64,000 nt of DNA, from assembly GCF_036321535.1 (NCBI RefSeq), contig NC_087436.1, forward strand, positions 53,322,001 through 53,386,000, given 5' to 3'. The number at the start of each line of letters is the position of its first letter. Position 1 is the stretch's first letter. Source of the stretch: Camelus dromedarius (taxonomy: Eukaryota). Shown here piece after piece: positions 54,787 to 64,000 of this stretch. Position numbers and translations under genes: made by a program. A model generated the notes under the pieces. The model was given only the letters and a program-made list of their open reading frames with translations, made no database searches and was not told where the DNA came from.

Positions 54787-57651
54787 AAGAAAGCAGATCA
54801 CATGTCCTTTTTTTCTCCCACATTAAAAAATAACCATTTGAAAAAAAAAACTAAACTATTCTCAGATTTCCACTTTTGGTTAAGATGAAATAACAGAGAC
54901 TAGATTTACCCTCTCATCTGAAAAAAATTGAAAAAATTATACATGTATAATATATGTATATAAAACATATACGCATGTAATATATACATACACATAATAT
55001 GTATATCTTTTACATCCATATGTGACAATGGTTTGTAAGACAGCAAACATTAGGCAATGAAAGACAGTATTCTGAAGTGCAGAGAAACAAATGAACTGAG
55101 CCCTACAATTGCCCCAGTTTATTGTTTATAACCCAGACATTAATGATTAATTGATTTTTCACAAGGGTGTCAAGACCATTCACTGGGGAAAGAAGTTGTT
55201 TTCAACTAATAATGCTGAGACAACTTGATATTCACATGCAAAAGGATAAAGTCAGATCCTTATTCCACCCCATGTACAAAAAATTGGCTCAGAATGGATC
55301 AAGGACCTAAATGTAAGAGCTACAACTATAAAAACTCTTTGCAGAAAACATAAGTATAAATCACTATACTTATAACCTATTGGAACAAAATGAATAGCTG
55401 ATAAAACAAAATCCAGTAGTTATATTAGGGTAATTTTTTTTTATCCCCTTGCAACAAAGGGGATTAAAGTAAATGAGGAAGGCCAGGACAAGACCCTACT
55501 CCTGCTCAAGTTCTCCATTAAAAACCTCAAAACAATTCAAAGAAAGAAACAAAGAAAGAAAGGTGCAATGTATTTTTTAGCAAGAGAAGACACAAGAGTC
55601 TATAAACAGAAGTCCATAGGTGAAGATTCTAGAAGTAAGCAATCTAAGTCGGATGGTGTGGGGAGTGCTCCTTTGGGATGCTTACAGATTGTCAGGCTGG
55701 TGCTTGAACCGAAGATGTTCCTCTCTTGGCCATCTCACTTCCTACCATTCCTTGCTCATTCTACAAGAGCTCCAGGATATTCTTTCAATTCCTCAAATGT
55801 GCCAAGCTCATTAACACCTGAAGTTTTTGCAGTGGTTTCCTCTGTTTGAAATTTCCCTTAGTTCTGTGTGTGGCTGGAAACATAGTAGATGTTCAATAAA
55901 TACTTGTCAAAAAAAAAAAAAGGAAGGAAGAGTTGGAAGGAACTGCCAACAGAATTATCAAAAGGCTAAAACAGACTAATACAGAGAACGACAGTGCTTG
56001 AAGTTACAAGGAAAGGGATAATGAATTGGATAAAAATATTCCACAGCTATAGTTCTGTTTAATAAGAAACAAACAAACAAACAAAACGTATTGGGTGATT
56101 TAATCATTGAGTGCCTACATTTGCCCTAGATTCATTAATATACATAGTAAAATTAAGATATGACTCCTCATAGATCATCTAGTGCAACCTACTACTTACA
56201 CAGATGAGGAAACTCTGAGACAGACAGATCCTGAGTCACAGGTTTATAGGATTCACATAGCTTGGGTATTTTGTAGAAAGTCTTACATACATTGGCTCAC
56301 ATTCAAATAAAAACTGGAAAGAGGTCTGTGATGAGCAGCTGCCATGATTCTCTTATTAACCTTTTTATTCCCTAGTGACTATCCCAAGGTATGGCATATA
56401 TTAATAGACACAATTTTTAAAGTTTGATGACTATAGAAAGGAATAAAATTTTTGAAATAGAGAGACATTATTATTTTGTTTCTCAAGTAGAGTGAACAAA
56501 GACTTAATTTAACCTGAAGGTCCATCTCACCTCCCATCTGGACTGATCAAAACACAAAGTAAAGTGAGAGGCGAGGAAACCTGAATAATTAAATGCTTCA
56601 GCATCAAAGAAAATTCAAGTCACCACAGTTCTCAAAAGAAATAGTTTTGGAAAAATGAAGAAAGTGTTCGAGTTGGTGCATTTTTATAAAAACTGTTATA
56701 AAATATATAAGCCACAATATATGTTATAAAATATAAAACACTTCTCTGAGGAGCCAAGAGAGATTATTCCATTATCTCATCTACTTGTTAGAAATTGGCA
56801 TAAAACAGTAATTTTCAAATGTAGTGTGACAGAAGTAATAAATCTAAATTGTACTACCCTGGTAGGTAGGATTTTATGCTTGTATGTCTGAAGACAAGAT
56901 CACACTAAGTGCTCAGAACTAGCAAATGGCAAAAGCAGAAACCACACCTGAACCTTTGGTCTCTTCTTCTTGAATCTGGTCTACCTACTACTTTCCCAGC
57001 CTCTTCTTATTTCCTATCATTTCTTTTCATCTTTCATTCATATTATTGTTTTTTCTTGAAAAATGACTTTCCTATCTTGGGATATAAATTTAAAAATGAA
57101 AGAATTAAATACTAATCATCTGACACCTCTCATTTCAATTTAAAATTGTAAATGTAACCAACAGAAGAACTAAAAATAATAATGAGAAACCCTAAGGAAG
57201 AGGAAAAAACAGAGCTGGCTGTACCTTTCACAATATATTAATATATTTTGTTTAAAATTGATAAATAAGGTACAGGCATATTATTTCATTCTACAGAGTA
57301 ACTACCAAAAGATCTAAAGACAGGAAATTTTAAGTGTGCATACCTATGTTTAGTGAAGTTGGGAGTGATAAATTGCTTTCTCATTATAAGTCCTTCTGTT
57401 CTATTTTAACTTTTGTTATGCACTTATATTACTTAATAAAAAATAGAAAATGATAAAATGGAAAGTTGAAAGTGGACTGTCTAAAACCCAAGACAGGGGG
57501 ACTCTATTCATTAGCTGGGAGGCAGATCCCAGTAACCATGGGTGTTCTTGACAAGCCATATTTTGAGGAACACTGATTTAAGTATAATCTCATTTATGGA
57601 AGACTATATATGTTTTTTATAGGTACATATGTAGATAGATATGATAGATAA

Positions 57652-57735
57652 CTGGAATAAAATGGAATGAAATGAAATGGAATGAGATGGAATGGAATGA
57701 AATGGAATAAAATAGAATAGAATAGAACAGAATAC
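57652..57735. repeat. Degenerate (GGAAT/GAAAT/AGAAT)n pentanucleotide microsatellite
   Basis: aatggaatgaaatgaaatggaatgagatggaatggaatgaaatggaataaaatagaatagaatagaacagaata. Confidence 0.9.
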
Positions 57736-57984
57736 AAAAGAAAAAGTGTTCTGAAAGGATGTTCACTGAAAGTCAATAGTGTCTATGCTAGCATTGTAAA
57801 GTTTCAGCTAATTCTTACCTTCATAATGTATTATTATGAATTGGTTTTTTTATGCAATGTTCATGTCTTTAAAACTAACATTTATTCTTATTTTGAAACT
57901 AAAGCACAAATCAAGAAAACAAAAATCTAACAATGGTATAATTTCATAATTGCCTAAGTTCAACCTTTTGTAGGTGTTTCATTC

Positions 57985-59225
57985 CTCTTGCCAGGAAACC
58001 TGCATTAGCCTCTAGTTCAGCCTTATCCACCAGGGGGCAGAAATAAGAAAATAACAATCCCAAAGACTGTGGAAGGAATACACAAACACCCAGACTCTGC
58101 CCTGGCACTGGCTGGACCCTGGCCCTGGGTGACAAAAGAGGAGTGTACTGCTGGGACACATAGGACATTCTCCCACCAAGGGTCACCTCTTCAAGATTGA
58201 GAAATGTAACTAACCTACCTAAAAATATATATAGAAAGATAGACAACATGAGGTGGCAGAGGAATATCTCCCAGGCCAAGCCACAAGATAAAATCCCAGA
58301 AGAAGAAATAAGTGAGGAGGAGACAGGCAATCTATCTGCTAAAGAGTTTAGAATAATGATGGCAAAGATGTTCAGAGAACTCAAGAGGTGTATAGAGGTA
58401 CAGAGTGAAGTTTTTAGGAAAGAGTTGGAAAATATAAAGAATTTACGCAGAGTTGAAGAATAAAATTACAATAGCCAAGACATGGAAGCAATCTAAATGT
58501 CCATCAACAGATGGCTAGATAAAGATGTTGATGTACACAGTGGAATACTCAGTCATAAAAAAAGATAAAATAATATCATTTGCAGCAACGTGGATGGACC
58601 TAGAGATTTTCATACTAAGTGAATTAAGTCAGACAGAGAAATACAAATATCACGTGATATCATTTATATGTGGCATGTAAAAAAATGACACATATTAACT
58701 TATTTACAAAACAGACACACAGACATAGAAAAAACAAATTTATGGTTACTAAAGGGGAAAGGAGAGGAGGGATGAATTAGCAGATACAAACTACTATATA
58801 TAAAAGAGATAAATAACAATGTCCTACAGTATAGCACAGGGAACTATGTTCAATACCTTGTAATAACCTATAATGAAAAAGAATATGAAAAAATATGTAT
58901 ATATATATATGTATGACTGAATCACTATGTTGTACACCAGAAACTAACACAACATTGTAAATCAACTATACTTCAATTAAAAAAAAAACTAAAGGAGAGA
59001 GGGAATAGGGGAAGGAAAAATTAGGAGTGTGGAATTAACAGATACAAACTACTATACATAAAATAGATAAGCAACAATTATTTACTGTATAGTACAGGGA
59101 ATTATATTCAATACCTTGTAATAACCTATAATGGAATATAATCAGAAAAGTATATATAACTGAATCACTATGCTATACACCTGAAACTAACACAATATTA
59201 TAAATCAAGTATGTTTCAATTTTTT
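57985..59225 (+). mobile_element. Internally deleted LINE-1 (5' UTR/ORF1 N-terminus joined to 3' end) with two tandem 3' tails
   Basis: ORF 58197..58463 (KIPEEEISEEETGNLSAKEFRIMM) parallels 5617..5820. The sequence jumps at ~58466 to acaatagccaagacatggaagc. Tails at ~58776-58990 and ~59010-59225. Confidence 0.88.
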
Positions 59226-59619
59226 AAAATTGCTCAGTAGCAGCATATATGGAATTTTCTTTTCTTTTCACTTTATTCATGTTAGACATATAGGGCAATA
59301 TCTCTTTCTTTATTAAATAGACTGATAAAATTCAAAAAATTTTTAACAGACTAGGTATAGCCTAAGCTAACTAACAAAGTGGTAATAGTGCTCTCCACAA
59401 ATTAAAATGTTTAAAAAGAGGAACAGTTTCTTTCCTCGGTTGGCACTGTCATCTTGTGACCATTTCACAACAGTGAGAGAGAAAAACAACATAGCATGTT
59501 TCTCCTCACCTTTGTCATCCTTTTCATGGCATGTATTATCCTATTTGCTACCAAGATCTAGAGCCCAACATTCTAAGGAGAAGTGACACATAATTAATTA
59601 TGTATAAAATAATATACCT

Positions 59620-60660
59620 GCCAGAAGTGCAAGAGTATTTTAGTTTCTTCACATCATCCATTTGGCATTATCAGTCATTTTATTTTTGTTCTTCCAGTGG
59701 GCATATGGTGACATCTCATTATGATTTAAGTTTACGTTTGCCTGATGACTAATGAAGTTTGAGCACCTTTCATATGCTATTTGGCCATTTGGATATTCTT
59801 TGCTGTGAGTAGATGATAAAGTCTCTTGCCTGTTTTTTAATGGGTTTTCTTTATTTTTCTTATTGATTTGTGGGGGGGGGGGTTAATGGTTTTTGTTTTT
59901 TTTTTAATTTAGGGGGTAGGTAATTCAGTTTATTTATTTATTTTTATTGGAGGTACTGGGGATTAAACCTAACACTTCACACGTGCTAAGCAAGCACTCT
60001 GCCACTGAGCTAAATCCTGCCCCTTGATTTGTAGTTTTTTAATGTGTACAATTCTGAATATGACCCCTCAGCTAATTGTAAGTGTTGTAATAGCTTCTTC
60101 CAATCTGTGACTTGAATTTTCACTCTCTTAATGGTTTATATTTGCGAAAGGAATTTCCTAATTTTAATGCAGTTCAATTCATAAATCTTTTCTCTAATGG
60201 TCTGTATTTTTCATGTCCCAATTAAGAAATCATTCAAGGTCTTGAAGATAATTTCCTTGTTTTTGTCGAGAATCTTGACTGGTTTTCATTTCATGTTGAG
60301 ATTTACAAATTTAAATCACCTGGGAGTGACTGTTTTGTGTTTGTTGCTAAGAAGTCCAAGTTTCATTTTCTTTCTACTTACATATCAAATTGACCTGGCA
60401 TCATTTGAAAAGTCTGCTTTCCCCACTGTTCTATAGTACCACCTTTGTCATAAGTCAGGTGACTACGTCTGGATCTCTTTTTGATTTTTATTCTGCATCA
60501 TTCATTGATCTATTGGTATATTTTTCTATCCTTGCACCAAAACTAAATAGTCTCATTATTGTATATTTATAGTAAGTCTTGATACCTTACAGAACAAGTC
60601 CTATAATTTGTTCTTTTAAAAAATTTCCTTGACTATCCTGGGCATTTTGCACTATTGCTC
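59620..60660 (-). mobile_element. Old LINE-1 (L1M-type) ORF2 3' fragment, interrupted by a SINE
   Basis: cctgatgactaatgaagtttgagcacctttcatatgctatttggccatttggatattc...; taagaaatcattc...; cttgcaccaaaactaaatagtctcattattgt. Confidence 0.75.
59872..60023 (-). mobile_element. tRNA-derived SINE, camelid Vic-1-like
   Basis: Reverse complement reads ggggcaggatttagctcagtggcagagtgcttgcttagcacgtgtgaagtgttaggtttaatccccagtacctccaataaaaataaataaataaac...An, with an A-box and degenerate B-box; flanking ttgatttgt repeats at 59863-59871 and 60024-60032. Confidence 0.85.
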
Positions 60661-61825
60661 TGAAATAACACAGGTTATTGTAATTTTTCCTCACAAACCT
60701 TATCAGAATTATCTGTAGACTTAGGCCTCAAATCTTTCTCTTCCTTCTCATGCCTTATCTTCAGAAATTGCCACATTGGGCTGTCAGATATGTTCATATA
60801 AAGATATATTGTGAAATTTCTTGTTTAGTTAAGTATTATACCCTTCTATTTTATAATTCATTCCTAGAATGTAGAAACCATGTTTTGCAAGTGTTATACA
60901 TCTCTATATGGTACCAGTAGAATTTGTTCATTTCCCCAAAACCACCATAAAGACAGCTGAGTTTATCACATATTGCCAAACATTTTAATGCATTCACACA
61001 TCAGATACAGAAAACAGGCAACCTAAGATTCAGAATCTTCCAATTTTGTGTTTGTCTGAAAGGATTCAAAGAAAAAGAATTCTTCTCCACTCATTTCTGT
61101 AGAGATTATCTCTAGTATATCTATCCTAAATTAAACTAAAAATTACAAAATATATGTAACATATTGGAATATCCTTAGATTAAAATTATGTATGATTAAG
61201 AGCTTTTTCCTACACATTCTCACATTCACACACACACACAAGCACATAATAATCCTTTAAATTGCCTGAAGTAGGTCTCATCTATAATAAAGTTTCCTCC
61301 AGAATTTGTAGTTAATTCTTCCACATTGGCTACAATTCTTGTTTCAAACACTTTACAAGATGCTTTACGATATCATTTATTATTCTAACAACAAACATAT
61401 ATCATAGATATTTTATGTCCCTTTTATGTATGAGGAAACAGAAGTTAATTCTAGTATTAACACAAGAGTATTAATTCATTCCTTCAAAAAAGATTTATTA
61501 AGCACATACTAGGTGCAACACTTTGCTAGGCTCCTGGGATAGAACACTAACCAAAACAGATAAGCCTCATACCACAAATACCGGTGTCATTCTTAGACTT
61601 AGCTCTCTCTTGTCTTTAAATTTCAATGTTACTAGAGGCAAATCCTTAATTTTTCTTTTGCATTTTGAAGGTCTATTTGCATTAAAATTTATTTGTTTCC
61701 ATTCTAAAGCAAAATGATAATTAACTTCAAAAATGATAACTATCATAACAAATTGGTAACATCCACTATAAACAATTTCCTGTCAATAAGTATGGTGTTT
61801 ACTGCATTCCATGCCTCTGCCTAAG

Positions 61826-62240
61826 GAGATAAAGTCTTAATGCTCCCTCTTCCAGAGAATGCAGCTCCTGCTGCTGCCTCAAGAGCAATTTATGCTTGAA
61901 GGAAAGTTAGTTCTAATTTCTTTGACCTCCTTTTTCTAATTTGCTTTCATTGGTACAAGCATTGACTGGGAGATAAAATCCTATACTTCTCTCCTTGTCA
62001 CTGTACACATATGTGAAACAGTATTCTTTCTCCAAATTGGTTAATTTAGATGAAACCAGCAGATTTACCTGCAGAGGAAAAAAGTTTTATCATCTTTATG
62101 GTACTAGTACATTCACTGAATATACCGTTATGCATGAAATTGCACTGGGGAGATCTGATGCTGTTGCTCCCATGGACAAAGTCTGTATCATAAGCTGTGA
62201 GGTGCCTACAGGATTTGGAGCTATGTTTAACACTGCAAAG
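61826..62240 (+). pseudogene. Unprocessed ADH6-like pseudogene remnant B (exon 4 61826-61905, exon 5 62022-62240)
   Basis: Exon 4 copy begins GDKVLMLPLP; a 7-nt deletion removes Gln96/Cys97, giving a frameshift and TGA at 61897-61899. The exon 5 copy is 219 nt: [32 protein letters not shown]...[17 protein letters not shown]|gtaaga. No exon 6 is recognisable before the window ends. Confidence 0.88.
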
Positions 62241-63268
62241 GTAAGAATATACTTTTGTGTTGTTTTCCCGTAACTTTATGTACATTCAGGGAGCCATGCA
62301 GTCAGAGGGCTTTTAGATACAAATTTCTATAATTTTTAACTAGTCTTTCTGAGCCTCGCACTATCCTGAGATATTTACATACTTTATCCCATTTAGTCTT
62401 AACATTATTTTATGAATTAAGCACTAATATCCTCATTTAAAGACTAAAAAACTTGGGTTTTGGTTGATTAATTCATTAATTAATTGCCTAAGATCTCACA
62501 GAGGGTGTACCATACATTCTATTCTATATTAACTCTCTCATATAGCTACCTGGAAAATATGTCTTAGGATTATGAGTCAGAAGAGGTGTGATTCAGGGCT
62601 ACTGAGATGCTAATCAGTCTATTTCTGAAACGAAGTTATAGCTTTGGAGTCACGCTATCTGAGCTATGGAGTATGCATGATTACTGGAGTAGCACTGTTA
62701 AATTTATAACTCCTTTGACCCAATGCCAATTTCCTCTGGGAGAACCATAAAAGGTGACATTATGGGAAGTAGGTCTTTGACTTCACATAGCCTTTTCCAG
62801 AAATCTGGACACCTTGCATTCTCCTTGGCAAGAAATAGAGGGGTGAAGAGGTAGGAAAAATATTCCTCTAGGAAAGGAAATAGAAGACAATGTGTTAAAA
62901 TAGAAAAGCTTACCTTTACTTTCCCCACAGGTATTTATTACCTGTGGCAGCAAAAACAGACTAATATCTTGACATTATTAATAAGATATAGAATAGTCAC
63001 ATTTCAGTGTACTCATTGGCACTCAGATATTCCATAATCAGGGAGTTATCTTACGTCTCTGGGCCACTCCCCAACAAAGGATAAGACTAGAAGAAAATCT
63101 CACTGTATTGACCCCCAGTTCTTATCTTAACTGTCACCCTAATTTGCTATTCAAGAACAAAACAGACAATTCTAATGTGTTGTGCTATTTGAATCTCTCA
63201 TCCCCAAGCAACACCTCCAAATCCCTCTCTCACCACACCTCACACCAGCATCCAGGATGCTTTCAGAC

Positions 63269-63470
63269 CAGCACTGTCCAAGAGAATTTTCTGCATTGAC
63301 GAAAATGTTGTACAGCTTATCGTCCAATCTAGTAGCCACAAGCCATATGTAGCTTTTGAACACTTGAAGTATGGCTAGTGCAACTGGAAGACTGACTTTT
63401 AAATTATATTTAATTTTAATTCATTTAAATTTAAATAGTCATATATGGCTAATGGCTACCTTAACACAGT
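63269..63470. mobile_element. MER3 (hAT-Charlie) DNA transposon
   Basis: cagcactgtccaagagaattttctgc...gtagccacaagccatatgtagcttttgaacacttgaag...tttaaatttaaatagtcatatatggctaatggctacc matches the recalled MER3 consensus. Confidence 0.88.
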
Positions 63471-64000
63471 TGAGATTATTTTGTCCTCTGATTTTTGCCA
63501 GAATGCTTAGATAAGATTAATTTGAGGGAACTATGGCATAGAGCTTAAAAACATGGGTTTTGATTTTAGATCACTTACTAGACATGGGACCTTAGCAAGT
63601 TATTTAAATTTCTTGCCAGTCCCATCATCTAAAAAGTAGGGTAAATAATAGTTTCTTTCTTACCTAGTGTCAGGAGAACTAAGTGAGAAAATGCAGATAA
63701 AGCACTTGACAAACAAGCTGAAACACAGCAGGCACAAAATTAATGTTTAATTGTAGCAGAAACAGCAATGATAACAGTAGCTTAATGGCCCAAACAAAAA
63801 ATGAAGAGGAAAGCACATATATTGCAAAAGATAACTGGAGGGTTGTTTTTTTTGTTTTTTGGGTTTTGTTTGGTTTTGTTTTGTTTTGTTTTGTTTTTGC
63901 TGTTTTAAGATCTCTGGGGGCTTTTCATTTATTCATTGGTGTGGTTTTGCGTTAGTTGATTACATATGAATAAAACTAGATTTGTACCTCCAGGTCAAAT

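Larger units (their letters stand above)
50385..54850 (+). mobile_element. Old LINE-1 (5' UTR/ORF1/EN part ~50385-51835; 3' part 52993-53356 and 54787-54850) hosting nested insertions
   Basis: ORF1-like aaggaaacatgacactaccaaagaaacataataatttt. EN-domain sequence ttctttcaagtgcacatgaaacattctctaggata...ctcctgaacgaccaa. 3' UTR aagaaggaaatcttgtcatatgtga...aagagagcagat|cacatgtcc, then an A-tail. Confidence 0.8.

Noticed and set aside
57652..57735. GGAAT-type repeat as a centromeric satellite or CRISPR-like array
   Set aside because: Only ~85 bp, degenerate and without spacers; an ordinary microsatellite in a mammalian genome
59950..60023. tRNA-like sequence on the - strand
   Set aside because: Degenerate B-box, A-rich tail and flanking duplication show it is a SINE, not a tRNA gene
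61826..62240. Indels in remnant B sum to -9 nt, which might restore the reading frame
   Set aside because: The shifted frame hits TGA at 61897-61899 and the structural-zinc cysteines are lost or out of frame

Overview
Mammalian genomic DNA, AT-rich and repeat-dense. It is most likely camelid, judged from a Vic-1-type tRNA-derived SINE at ~59.9-60.0 kb and artiodactyl-type L1 3' ends. The window lies in the alcohol dehydrogenase (ADH) cluster. It contains one complete, apparently intact 9-exon medium-chain zinc ADH gene on the + strand (CDS 25090-38325, 1125 nt, 374 aa, all introns GT-AG). The protein resembles the poorly characterised class V/VI ADH6-like group (rodent Adh6b type) rather than class I. 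Two decayed paralogous remnants of the same subfamily follow it (~48.9-49.7 kb and ~61.8-62.2 kb). Between them, an old L1 carries nested retrocopies of PLAA (- strand, 3' fragment) and BTG1 (+ strand, 146-aa ORF from a newly created ATG). The rest is L1, MIR/L2, MaLR LTR, Tigger1/MER3 and microsatellite sequence. I found no clearly new biological system. The best leads are the atypical active site of the ADH, three possible layers of post-transcriptional control (overlapping uORF, in-frame stop-free intron 4, exon-8 read-through), a three-piece templated-insertion junction upstream of the gene, a possible spliced mini-L1, and the nested retrocopy cluster. Family assignments and residue numbering rest on recalled reference sequences, not database searches.
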